Shown here one piece after another: positions 30,082 to 40,100 of a stretch of 64,000 nucleotides of DNA. The translations under genes were made by a program, and so were the position numbers. Source of the stretch: Roseibacillus sp. (GTDB lineage: Bacteria; Verrucomicrobiota; Verrucomicrobiia; Verrucomicrobiales; Akkermansiaceae). The notes under the pieces are model-generated. The model was not told the DNA's origin, made no database searches, and was given only the letters and a program-made list of their open reading frames with translations. The stretch covers positions 128,001 through 192,000 of the forward strand of contig CBDEUM010000029.1 in the NCBI GenBank assembly GCA_965242925.1, given 5' to 3'. Position 1 is the stretch's first letter. The number at the start of each line of letters is the position of its first letter.

Positions 30082-31437
30082 ATGATTACTTCGGGGTCGA
30101 TGTCCCGCTGCCTGTTTGCCTTCCTGGTTCTCATCCACCACGGTTCCGCCATTGCGGGGGACCTGCCCTCCAGGCCGAATATCATCTGGATCATGTGTGA
30201 TGACCTGGGATACGGGGATCTGGGATGCTTCGGGCAGAAGACGATCGCAACCCCGCGTCTCGATCAACTGGCCAAAGAAGGGATGCGCTTCACCGATTTC
30301 TATGCCGGCTGCACGGTCTGCCGGCCTTCCCGGTTGTCGCTCTGGACCGGAAAGCACATGGGGCATACGCCCATTTCCTCCAATGCAAACTATCACTTCA
30401 AGCCGGGGGACGTCACGGTGGCAGAGCTGCTCAAGGACGCGGGTTACCGGACCGGAGGCGTTGGCAAGTGGGCCATGGGAGGGGTGGAGACCAGCGGATT
30501 CCCGTTGAAGAACGGTTTCGACTTCTGGATGGGCTACCTGGACCAGGGACAGGCTCATAATTACTATCCGACCCACCTGTGGCGGAACGGGCAGAAGTAT
30601 CCGCTCGCCGGGAATGTGCTTTCCGACCATCCCAGGGCGCGTGGTCGGGTGACGTCCAGGAAGGTGACCTGGTCCCACCCGGTCATGACGGAGGAGGCCT
30701 TCGCCTTTATCAGGGAGAGCGGGGACCAGCCCTTTCTCCTGCACGTGCACTGGACCATTCCCCATGCAAACAACGAGGGTGGTCGCGTTCATGGTGACGG
30801 AATGGAGGTGCCGGACTACGGAATCTACAAGGAGAAGGACTGGGCAAACACGAGCAAGGGTCAGGCTGCGATGGTCAGCTGGATGGACCGGGACGTGGGC
30901 CGTCTGGTGGATCTCCTGCGGGGGCTTAAACTCGAGCGCCGGACCCTCGTGATCTTTACCTCCGACAACGGGCCTCATTCGGAGGGCGGGCACCGGCACG
31001 AGGTATTCGATGCAAACGGGCCCTTGCGTGGGTTCAAACGCGACCTTTACGAGGGTGGGATCCGCGTTCCCACCATCGCATGGTGGCCCGGGGTGGTGGA
31101 GCCTGGAACAACCTGCGCTGAACCACTGGCTTTCTGGGACTTCCTGCCCACGGCCTGCGAACTGGCCGGGACGAAGGCTCCGCCTGGTCTCGACGGGATC
31201 TCCTTTGTGAATGCCCTCAGGGGCATGAAACAGAGGAGTCACGATTATCTCTACTGGAAGTATGGCCGGAAGGAGGCCGTGCGTGCCGGAAACTGGAAAC
31301 TGGTGCGGACCGATGCAGCGAAGCCTGCAGAACTCTACGACCTCAAGGGCGATCCCGGGGAGAAGAGCAATGTGGCGGGGGAACACAAGGCGGTGGTCCA
31401 GACGCTGCAGGACTACCTGGGACAGGCGACGAAGTAG
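30082..31437 (+). CDS. Sulfatase (Cys-type, arylsulfatase-like)
   Basis: DDLGYGD, CRPSRLSLWTG, GKW, TSDNG, LYEGGIRVP. Confidence 0.93.
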   Translation: MITSGSMSRCLFAFLVLIHHGSAIAGDLPSRPNIIWIMCDDLGYGDLGCFGQKTIATPRLDQLAKEGMRFTDFYAGCTVCRPSRLSLWTGKHMGHTPISSNANYHFKPGDVTVAELLKDAGYRTGGVGKWAMGGVETSGFPLKNGFDFWMGYLDQGQAHNYYPTHLWRNGQKYPLAGNVLSDHPRARGRVTSRKVTWSHPVMTEEAFAFIRESGDQPFLLHVHWTIPHANNEGGRVHGDGMEVPDYGIYKEKDWANTSKGQAAMVSWMDRDVGRLVDLLRGLKLERRTLVIFTSDNGPHSEGGHRHEVFDANGPLRGFKRDLYEGGIRVPTIAWWPGVVEPGTTCAEPLAFWDFLPTACELAGTKAPPGLDGISFVNALRGMKQRSHDYLYWKYGRKEAVRAGNWKLVRTDAAKPAELYDLKGDPGEKSNVAGEHKAVVQTLQDYLGQATK

Positions 31438-31546
31438 CGCTCCGGTGCGGAGATAACGTGATTCTGTCACCCGGTCTGTTCTCCCCTCTCACCAGCGGGA
31501 AAGGGCGAGCTTGCCAAGGACGGCCGTGGGCTCTAAATCCCCGCCC

Positions 31547-32647
31547 ATGGCAGAAACATTGCGTTGGGGCATTCTTAGCACGGCAGGGATTGCGCGTAAG
31601 AACTGGGAGGCGATCAGAAATTCCGGGAATGGAACCATCACGGCGGTGGCGAGCCGCGATGCGGCCAAGGCGCAGCAGTTCATCGATGAGTGCCAGGCCG
31701 AGGTGCCTTTTGACGACGCGCCGCGGGCGATCGGGAGCTATGATGAGATCGTGGCGGCGGATGACGTGGATGCGGTCTACATTCCGCTCCCCACGGGCCT
31801 GCGCAAGGAATGGGTCATCAAGGCGGCCAACGCAGGCAGGCACGTGATGTGCGAGAAGCCCTGCGCGGTCAGTCATGCGGATCTCGTGGAGATGACCGAG
31901 GCCTGTGCGTCCAACAACGTGCAGTTCATGGACGGGATCATGTACATGCACAGCGACCGCATGCCGAAATTGCGGGCTGCTCTCGATGAGCCCGCCAATG
32001 TAGGCAGGATTACGCGAATCGCCTCGGCCTTCAGCTTTTGCGCCCCACCCGAATTCCTGGCCGGGAACATCCGGCTCAGCAGCGACCTGGAGCCCGCAGG
32101 CTGCCTGGGCGACCTCGGCTGGTACACCATTCGGGCCACCCTTTTCGTGATGAACTACGAGATGCCGAAATCCCTTCGGGCCACCATGCTCTCATCCGCC
32201 TCGCGGGCTGACAGCCCGGACCAGGTTCCCACTGAATTGAGTGCGGAACTCTTCTTTGACAATGGCATCTCAGCCACCTTCTACAATTCCTTCCTCACCA
32301 ATCACCAGCAGTGGCTGCACGTGAGTGGCGACAGGGGAAACATCCGCCTCGACGATCTGGTCCTGCCTTATCCGGATGGCGAACTCGACTTTCACGTCAA
32401 CAATGCCCAGTTCGTGATCGAGGGCTGCAAGTTCACCATGGAGAAGCATCTCCGGCGCGAGTTCGTTCCAGAGCCGGGTGGGAATGATCCCAGCGCCCAG
32501 GAGACCAAGCTCTTTCGCACCTTCGCGGACCTCGCCCTGAGAGGAACGCCGGATTGTTTCTGGGCGGAGGCGGCTCTCAAGACCCAGGCGATCCTGGACG
32601 CCTGCCTTGAGTCCGCACAGAACGGCGGCAGGCTCATCGAGCTCTGA
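31547..32647 (+). CDS. Gfo/Idh/MocA family oxidoreductase
   Basis: WGILSTAGIA, VYIPLP, CEKP, GCLGDLGWY. Confidence 0.92.
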   Translation: MAETLRWGILSTAGIARKNWEAIRNSGNGTITAVASRDAAKAQQFIDECQAEVPFDDAPRAIGSYDEIVAADDVDAVYIPLPTGLRKEWVIKAANAGRHVMCEKPCAVSHADLVEMTEACASNNVQFMDGIMYMHSDRMPKLRAALDEPANVGRITRIASAFSFCAPPEFLAGNIRLSSDLEPAGCLGDLGWYTIRATLFVMNYEMPKSLRATMLSSASRADSPDQVPTELSAELFFDNGISATFYNSFLTNHQQWLHVSGDRGNIRLDDLVLPYPDGELDFHVNNAQFVIEGCKFTMEKHLRREFVPEPGGNDPSAQETKLFRTFADLALRGTPDCFWAEAALKTQAILDACLESAQNGGRLIEL

Positions 32648-32675
32648 TCCCTGGCCGGAGTCCCCTGTTCGGAGA

Positions 32676-33245
32676 TCAGAGGGTGTTCTTGAGTTGCTTG
32701 AATTCCTTTCGCAGAGAAATGAGCTCGGTCTCGTGCTTGGTGATTTGCCCGTCAAGGTGCGCAAGGCGCTTCAGCGTCTTCGCGGTGTTCGACGCGGCAT
32801 TCGATTTTGCGGGGCGACCTGGGGGGCGACCTGGGGGGCGACCTGGGGGGCGACCTGGGGGGCGACCTGGGGGGCGACCTGGGGGGCGACCTGGGCGCTT
32901 GGAAGGAGCGCCTGGCTCAACGGCCTGCAGCCATTTGTTGATGGTGAGAGCCGACACCCCGAATTTCCTTACAGCGGCAGCAACGCCACCCCGGCCCCGG
33001 GCCCCATTCACACCTTTTACATGACCAAGAATCTTATTCCGCTCGGTCTGGCTGTAGCGCTTGCCTGTTGACTTGCGCTTGGCCGTTGACTTGGCCTTGC
33101 CTGTTGACTTGGCCTTGGGTGTTGACTTGGCCTTGGGTGTTGGCTTGGCCTTGGGTGTTGGCTTGGCCTTGGGTGTTGGCTTGGCCTTGGGTGTTGGCTT
33201 GGCCTTGGGTGTTGGCTTGGCCTTGGGTGTTGGCTTCTTGCTCAT
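32676..33245 (-). CDS. Basic histone-H1-like / AT-hook-repeat HTH protein, candidate nucleoid-associated protein
   Basis: (KPTPKA)n N-terminus, KRYS...[15 protein letters not shown]-like core, seven GRP motifs, C-terminal coiled coil. Confidence 0.75.
   Translation of the reverse strand: MSKKPTPKAKPTPKAKPTPKAKPTPKAKPTPKAKPTPKAKSTPKAKSTGKAKSTAKRKSTGKRYSQTERNKILGHVKGVNGARGRGGVAAAVRKFGVSALTINKWLQAVEPGAPSKRPGRPPGRPPGRPPGRPPGRPPGRPPGRPAKSNAASNTAKTLKRLAHLDGQITKHETELISLRKEFKQLKNTL
32812..32895. repeat. Perfect 12-bp coding tandem repeat x7 (encodes GRPP)
   Basis: GGGCGACCTGGG repeated seven times. Confidence 0.95.
33057..33236. repeat. 18-bp coding tandem repeat x10 (six KPTPKA units, four degenerate)
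   Basis: CTTGGCCTTGGGTGTTGG units decaying toward 33057. Confidence 0.95.
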
Positions 33246-33541
33246 AATGGGTTCGTGAACTTTGATAGGATGGTTGGGGTATTCTGCAAGTTATTTGTAT
33301 GGAGGTTATCAGAGAATTCCGATGAACAAATAGAAAATCAGTCCAGCTGGAGTGGGGATGCGGGGGAAATCAAACTCCAGGGCCCTGGTGGTGGAAGGTG
33401 AAGTCCTCGTGGTGCAATCCGAGGCAGGACAGCAATCGAAGCGCCGCTGACCATGCAAGCTGCCGGGGTTCCGGATCGTCATGAGAGTTGTCCGCTGCAA
33501 GCGGAATGTCCGTGATAGAGTTGGAACCCTGCATCTCAGTT

Positions 33542-33979
33542 TCAGGATCGTCCCTCCTCGAGATCGTAGACGTCGAACCAGACGTAGACGGGCCGGTTCC
33601 CGGGGATGAATTGCGGGATATAGCCTTCGAGAAATTCCTGGAGCTCGATCGGCAGTTCGCAGATCCTCTTGCCGCGCATGTCATTGTTCCACTGGATGAT
33701 CTCGCGGCGTTCGCGCCTGCTGGCATTTTCCTCGATCCAGGTCGCCACTGCCCCGTCCTCAGCGCCGGTGGAGACGAACTTCCGGAAAGTTTCCGCGGTC
33801 AGACTGGTGAAATCGAAGAAGAAATTGTCGAGGGGACAGTCGAACTTGTATTCCCCCAGGGTGCCGGCAATGGCTGCCCGGCACTTGTCGAGGGTGCGGG
33901 CGGCAATAACATAGCCCCCCAGCGTTTCGCGGGGACTACGGGGAGAGCTGCCGGGTCGGGTAAAATCAGAGGACTGCAC
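33542..33979 (-). CDS. DUF5069 family protein
   Basis: SPRETLGGYV...RTLDKCRA...GTLGEYKFDCPLD...WFDVYDLEEGR. Confidence 0.8.
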   Translation of the reverse strand: MQSSDFTRPGSSPRSPRETLGGYVIAARTLDKCRAAIAGTLGEYKFDCPLDNFFFDFTSLTAETFRKFVSTGAEDGAVATWIEENASRRERREIIQWNNDMRGKRICELPIELQEFLEGYIPQFIPGNRPVYVWFDVYDLEEGRS

Positions 33980-34084
33980 TCCGACAGGTTTCGTCTGGTT
34001 GGCAGTCGGGTCAAGCTCGGTTAATCATCCAGCAGCGCCATGATGCCCGCAGGGCCATGTCGGACGACGGGCTCCTCCGCTCTG

Positions 34085-34930
34085 CTATTTGGCATCCAGT
34101 CGCTCCAGCAACGTTTTCCATCCCTTCATCGATCGACCCAGGTTGTCGCGGGAACTGCCGCGGATGCCGTAGTGCTGGAGACCGACCGGACCATCCCACT
34201 TCAGGGACTTCAGTTTTCGGAGGATCGGCAGGACATCGTAAGTGCCGGCATCGAGCGGTTGGATGAGGGTATTCCATCCCGTGCCGTCCTTGTCCGCACC
34301 GTTGATGGTGACCACAAAGAGGTGTGGGGCGGCTTCCTCAAGGCGTTTGTCGAGCTCTCTGCCGTCAACCTTGAGAAAGTGGCAGAGGTTGAAGGTGACG
34401 CCCAGGTTCCGGCGATCGGCGGCCTTGACCAGCCGTACGCAGTCCTGCACGCGGTCGGCGTAGGCGCCGGCGTGGGGGTAGAGTGCGAGGCGAACGTTCG
34501 ATTTGTCGGCGTGGTCGGCGAGCTCCTGCAACTTCGCTACCACCGGGGCGTCGGCGCCGGAGGGGTCAGCGGGCCGTCGCCCTCCGACGTAGAGCCACAC
34601 GACGGCCTCGCGCCCTTTCAGCTGGCTGATGGCCTTTTCCAGGTTCGCGTTGTTCGTGACGCCGTTGCTGCGGACCTCGATGCCATTGTAGAGCGGAGCG
34701 AACCTGATCTTGTGCTTGCCGGTGGCGGCCAGCATCTCGGGAATGTTGTTCGCCCCGGTGTACCCGATACCGGAGAAGCCCAGTTCCTTCACCAGAGCAG
34801 CCTGCTGGTCGTAGGACCGGGTCTGGCTGTCACGGGTGCCGGTGTCCATGGCAAAGAACTCCCACTCGGCGAGGCAAAGGGGGGAAAGTCCGGCCAGGGC
34901 GACGAAGAGGAAGAGGAGGCGAAGTTTCAT
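34085..34930 (-). CDS. Sugar phosphate isomerase/epimerase-like TIM barrel with signal peptide
   Basis: ALYPH, NLGVTFNLCH, VTINGAD, IQPLDAG, GPVGLQ. Confidence 0.8.
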   Translation of the reverse strand: MKLRLLFLFVALAGLSPLCLAEWEFFAMDTGTRDSQTRSYDQQAALVKELGFSGIGYTGANNIPEMLAATGKHKIRFAPLYNGIEVRSNGVTNNANLEKAISQLKGREAVVWLYVGGRRPADPSGADAPVVAKLQELADHADKSNVRLALYPHAGAYADRVQDCVRLVKAADRRNLGVTFNLCHFLKVDGRELDKRLEEAAPHLFVVTINGADKDGTGWNTLIQPLDAGTYDVLPILRKLKSLKWDGPVGLQHYGIRGSSRDNLGRSMKGWKTLLERLDAK

Positions 34931-35008
34931 GTTGTGCGAGTCAAGGAAGTCGTGAAGAGCGATTCAAGCCCGGAGTAGACAGACAATCTGAACGCGTGAC
35001 TAGCCCCG

Positions 35009-36145
35009 TCAGGGCAGAGCGGTGTTCGGTTTGACTGCGTTGGCCGGATATTGGCCGTTGAAGACCATCATCTGGTCCTGCGTTTCGGCCACCACGAAGG
35101 ATTCGTCAATTTTGCCGTCCTTGCCGGTCACACGCGTCAGATCGAGTTGGAGGTGCTCGGCAAGGAATGGGTAGGCAGCCGTGCGCTTGGAGAGTCCGTA
35201 GTCGTGTTTCTCGTCGGGGAAATGGGCATTGGCAACCTTGTCCCGGGCGCCATGGAGCTTGTAGATGTGCTGGACGAAAGGGAACTCGACGGCGGGGGTG
35301 TTGAGGGTCCAGTCACTGCCGTTGGATATGAGGAGTTGCGGACGCGGGGCGGCCAGGGCGGCGATCTCAACATTGTTGGTCTTGTGCGTCTTGCTCCAGT
35401 GAATGGGCATTCCGCTCTCACAGTTGCAGCCACCAAAGAAGTGAGCGGAAACCTGGCAGACCGGAATGGTCACCGCCACCCGCTCGTCGAGGGCGGAGAG
35501 AATGAAGGTCTGGGTGCCCCCTCCGGAACATCCTGTCATTCCGATGCGCCCAGGGTCGACGTTGGGGAGAGTGAGAAGGAAGTCGAGAGCGCGCATGCTG
35601 TTCCAGGTCTGCAGGCGCAGGATCTCGGGAGTGCGTCCGTGGTCCCAGCCAACTTCCTTGGAATCGCCATAGCCCATCATGTCATACTGGAAGACGGCGG
35701 CGCCCATCCTGGCGAGGACTGCGCAGCGGATCTGGCGTGATTCACGAAAGCGACCCCCGTGACCGTGTGGACAGAGAATCCCGGCCAGCTTCCCCTTGAA
35801 ATCGGTCGGACGATAAAGCGTGCCGGTGACGTAGAAACCGGGGGAGCTTTCAATGGCGACGTTCTCGGCCTGGTAGCCCTTGTGGACACGCTTCTTGTTG
35901 AAGCGCGGGTTGAGGGGGGTGCGTTCCGGGAGGGTGGTGAGCTTGGCGCCGGCCAGGATTCCAGCTTTCACGGTGGCCTTGCGCTTCTCCCAGCTGGCGA
36001 GGTCGGGGGTGGCCGCCTTGAGTCCGGCCAGTTCCTTCCTGGCCGCCTCCTGGCCATGGGCGTGGCCCTTGCGGAGCCCCTGCGCGGATAGTGGGAAGGA
36101 GACGGATGTTCCAATGGCGAAAACGAGGAGCGGCAAGGTTTTCAT
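35009..36145 (-). CDS. Secreted alpha/beta hydrolase (acetylxylan esterase-like)
   Basis: [20 protein letters not shown] nucleophile elbow, APRP, HDYG. Confidence 0.85.
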   Translation of the reverse strand: MKTLPLLVFAIGTSVSFPLSAQGLRKGHAHGQEAARKELAGLKAATPDLASWEKRKATVKAGILAGAKLTTLPERTPLNPRFNKKRVHKGYQAENVAIESSPGFYVTGTLYRPTDFKGKLAGILCPHGHGGRFRESRQIRCAVLARMGAAVFQYDMMGYGDSKEVGWDHGRTPEILRLQTWNSMRALDFLLTLPNVDPGRIGMTGCSGGGTQTFILSALDERVAVTIPVCQVSAHFFGGCNCESGMPIHWSKTHKTNNVEIAALAAPRPQLLISNGSDWTLNTPAVEFPFVQHIYKLHGARDKVANAHFPDEKHDYGLSKRTAAYPFLAEHLQLDLTRVTGKDGKIDESFVVAETQDQMMVFNGQYPANAVKPNTALP

Positions 36146-36246
36146 CCCACCAGAATTGAGCTCATCCCCCTGTAACTCAAGCACGGAGATGAACACTTGC
36201 CGTCATGCGCTTGACCGTTCGGGGAACAGGAACTAGCAACCCTTGC

Positions 36247-36948
36247 GTGAAAGTATGCGCCTTTGGCCTCACGGAGATCCCGCTGGGCCAACACAACATC
36301 AAGGATCCGCGCCTCGACGAAACGCACAAGCTGGTCGAAGCCAAGAAGAAGGCCTATGCCCAGGTGGAAGTCGTGGGTGACGAAGGGTTGGTTGACTCTG
36401 ATTGTGTGGTGACCACTGAAGATGGTTTCCTGGAACTGACTTTCCGTGACGTGGATTTCATCGAGACCCGGCTGGGACGTGATCCCTCGGCTGAGGAGCG
36501 GGAGGCCTTGCTCAAGCTGAAGGGTGCCCTCGAGAGTGAAAAAACCGTTTTCGAGGCAAACCTCGGCGAGGCCGAGCGGGAGGCCCTGGAAATCCATGGG
36601 TTCAGCAGCAACAAACCGATCGTGGTTGCCACTCCCGGGGAACTGGGGGAACCGGATGCACTCATGGTCCGGGTCTTCAGGGAAAGCGGATGGATTTGTT
36701 TCCTGACGGTGGGAGGCTCGGAAAACCGGGCTTGGCCCATTCCGGGAGGGACAACGGCCTGGGAGGCCGGGGGTACGATTCATACCGATATCCAGAAGGG
36801 GTTCATCCGGGCTGAAATCATCAGCTACGACGACTTCATCGAAGCCGGGGGGGAGACGCTGGCCAAGCGTGCGGATAAGCAACGCCTCGAAATGAAGGAC
36901 TACCTGATGCAGGACTACGATTTGACGAGCTTTCGTTTTAATAAATAA
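36247..36948 (+). CDS. YchF-related protein (DUF933/TGS C-terminal domain) lacking a P-loop
   Basis: DPRLD, FLTVGGSENRAWPI, AGGTIHTDIQKGFIRAE, KDYLMQD..FRFN. Confidence 0.82.
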   Translation: MKVCAFGLTEIPLGQHNIKDPRLDETHKLVEAKKKAYAQVEVVGDEGLVDSDCVVTTEDGFLELTFRDVDFIETRLGRDPSAEEREALLKLKGALESEKTVFEANLGEAEREALEIHGFSSNKPIVVATPGELGEPDALMVRVFRESGWICFLTVGGSENRAWPIPGGTTAWEAGGTIHTDIQKGFIRAEIISYDDFIEAGGETLAKRADKQRLEMKDYLMQDYDLTSFRFNK

Positions 36949-37101
36949 GAATCCTCTTCCCGGCCGGAGGAAGTGAAGTGGGAGATCGAACCGGGGTTTG
37001 CGAAGATTGAGGATTCCGACGTTGATGGATCCTAAAGGGCCTTGATTGCCGGGGAGAGGCATGCAGCATCCATCTGTCCGGGGTGACGCTGGACTGGGAC
37101 C

Positions 37102-40100
37102 ATGGGACTTTCGCTTTCAGCTCCGATTCGATTTCTCCCATTTTTCCTCATGGGAGGCATTGTCGGGTTGGGAATGGCCCGGGGGGAATCGGAAGAACGG
37201 GAACCGCACCTGCGACAGCTTGAGTCCCAGTTTCGTGAGACGGTCCAGCCGTTCCTGAAGAGCTACTGCTACCGCTGTCACGGTTCCAGGAAGATGAAAT
37301 CAGGGGTGCGGGTTGATCAACTCGACCTGAGCCTTGAGGACAAGCAGCTCTTCCTCCTGCAGCACATCCACAAGCAACTGAAGGACGAGGTCATGCCCCC
37401 GGAGGACGAGCGCCAGCCGGGGGCGGAGGAGCGCCAGCTGGTGTTGGAGTGGGTCAGGCAGGCCTTGGAGGAAGGGGCTCGTAAGGTCAGTCCCAAGGAT
37501 GGCTCGGTGCGCCGACTTACCGTGGCCCAGTATCACAATACCTTGCGTGACCTGCTGGGAGTGGAAGATCATCTGGCGGATGCACTGCCTGCTGATGGTG
37601 TTTCCAAGGAAGGGTTCAAGAATAACAAGGACACCCTTCTCCTGACGCCCCAGATGATCGAGACCTACTTCGATATCGCGGAAAAGGCGCTCGACCTGTG
37701 CTTGGTCGATGAGACGAAGAAGCCTCGGATCCAGTGCTTCCGTGTTGAGCTCGGGAAGGGGGTCAACAAGAAGCCGACTGCCGACAAGCTGGTATTGAAT
37801 GGGCCCAACCTGCTGCCCAAGGCAGATTTTCTCGTGCGCCAGGTGGTCCCGGATAAGCCCTTCCCCTTTGAGCCCTTCGCCATGCGCACAAAGTTCCGCT
37901 TCTTCGAGGGCTATGCGGGAAACGGCACTGTGCGTGCCTGGAGGAATTTTGAGGGGATTTATCACAACGTCTTCGCCGCTCTGAACGGCAAGTTTACCGG
38001 CGGCCTGAACTACGGCCGCTCCTACGTGTTTATTCCCGAGGGCCTCCTCCTGCGGCCCAGGTCTCCTGAAACTCAGAACGGCAAGCCTCCGCAGCAGGGA
38101 CCGTCGCCCTCCTTCTCGATGCCGCTGCGCGAATTGCCCAGTTCGGGGATGTTCCAATTGACCGTAGAGGCGGCCCGGTATGACGACGGTTTCCAGCCGA
38201 ACTCGCACCTGTGGAAGGCCGGCGTTGGGTTCGAGCTTGATGTGAACGGTGGAAAAGGCGCGAGCCTTGAAATTCCGGCCGCGGGAGTCTACCAGCTCGA
38301 TGTCGTCCTGGAAGGCAACCCCCGGGATGACGTGATGACCGCGGACATCGGGCAGCGTACCTTTTCAAAGAGGCTGAAAGGAAAGTTCGCCAAGGGCTCT
38401 GAATCCGCCGGAGCTGGCGCTGGAAAAAGCCCCCTTGGAATCGTTATCGATGACCCCGCCGCCGACAAGGTCGGCGACTGGACAGATTCTGTCCACGGTA
38501 AGCCTTACCTCGGCAAGGGCTACATCCATGACGGCAACACGTCAAAAGGCGCCAAGTTCGTCACCTTCAACGTGAAGCTCCCCAGGACAGGGAACTACCA
38601 GGTCAACCTGGCCTACACCTACGGCAACAACCGTAGCCCGGCGGTACCGGTCGAAATTCACCACGCCGACGGAGTGGAATCGGCCAAGGTCAACCAGATG
38701 AAGCAACCACCGATCGGCGGGCTCTTCACCCCCCTTGGAACTTTCCGCTTCGAAAAGGAAAAACCGGCTATCGTGGTCATCTCCAACAAGGACACCCGGG
38801 GGGTTGTCGTCGTCGACGGCCTGCAGGTTATCGAGGAGGAAGCCGGGAAGAAACCTGCAGCGAAAAAAGACGGCAAGGAACAGAAATCTAAAAACACCGC
38901 GCGGCTGAAGAAGGGTGAGGTGATCATTCCCTTCCTCGTGGCTCGTTTTGCCAAGGGCGCATCTCCAATCAAGATCGGTAATGGAGATGGAAAGAACCTG
39001 CGACGGGTTCATGTGACCCCGGTCAGCTCTGAGAGCGAGTCGGGACGGCAGTTTGCGGCCTTCGAGAAGCGCGCTCCAACGGTGAGCGCGCATATCGGGG
39101 TCAGGACGGACGTAGGACCCAGGTCTACCCGGGTGGATCAGCTTCTGGCTGTACCCTCAGCCACGGTCGAGCGCTACAGCTTCCGCGCCCCGATCAGCAG
39201 TTTCCCCTCTCCGGAGACCGAGGAAGGCAACGCCAACTACCTCGCCGGCTTGTGGGAGATCGCCATCCGGAGTGAGCCCTCAGGCGACCGCCAGGTGCCG
39301 CGACTGCTCCTGGGCGCGGTAGAATTTGAGGGTCCCTTCTACGAGACCTGGCCACCCCGGGGACATCGAGACATTTTTTTTGCTTCAGAGCGCCGCAAAG
39401 ATCCGCCGGCCTATGCCCGGGAGGTGCTCGAGCGCTTCGGAGCGCGGGCTTTTCGCCGCCCGGTGACCCCGAAGGAGCTGGAGTCCCTGGTGGGGGTGTG
39501 GCAGAAGAGCTATGCCCGGAAACAGGACTTCCAGGAGAGCGTTCGGGATGCGCTGCTGGTGATTCTTACCTCGCCCCAGTTTCTCTTCCTGGTTGAAGAG
39601 AGCGCCGGCCCGCAGGCGGAGCCTCTCTCGCCTTATGAGCTGGCGGCGAAGCTCTCCTATTTCCTGTGGAACACTGCGCCGGATGCGAGGCTCATCGAGC
39701 TGGCGGGGGCTGGGAAGTTGGGGGCAGCTGTGCCAGCGGAGATCGACCGGCTGGTGGCGCATGAGCGCTTTCTCCAATTTACCGGAGAGTTTGTCTCCCA
39801 GTGGCTGAGCCTCGACAAGTTCGATGTCGTGAACATCAGTGGGGGAAAATACCCCCGCCTCAACCGCGAGACGAAGAGGGAGCTGCGGAAGGAGCCCGTT
39901 CGCTTCGTCACGCACCTCATCCGGTCTAATCTGCCCCTTCGCAACCTGATTACTTCCGACTTCATCGTGGCGAACGATGTGGTCGCGGGCTACTACGGCC
40001 TTGGCGGAAAGGCAGAGAATGGATACGCTTTTACTCCAGTGCGTCATGGGGGGGAGACGCTGGGAGGAGTTCTTACGCAGGCGGCCATTCTTTCCGGACT

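Noticed and set aside
32930..33060. HTH resembling an IS3 OrfA transposase N-terminus
   Set aside because: No DDE ORF, terminal inverted repeats or target duplication nearby
32812..33236. Regular repeats as a CRISPR array
   Set aside because: Head-to-tail 12- and 18-bp units without spacers, in frame within a CDS, and no cas genes in the window
36956..36973. Hairpin CTTCC/GGAAG after the YchF-like gene as a terminator
   Set aside because: Short stem and no U-tract on the coding strand
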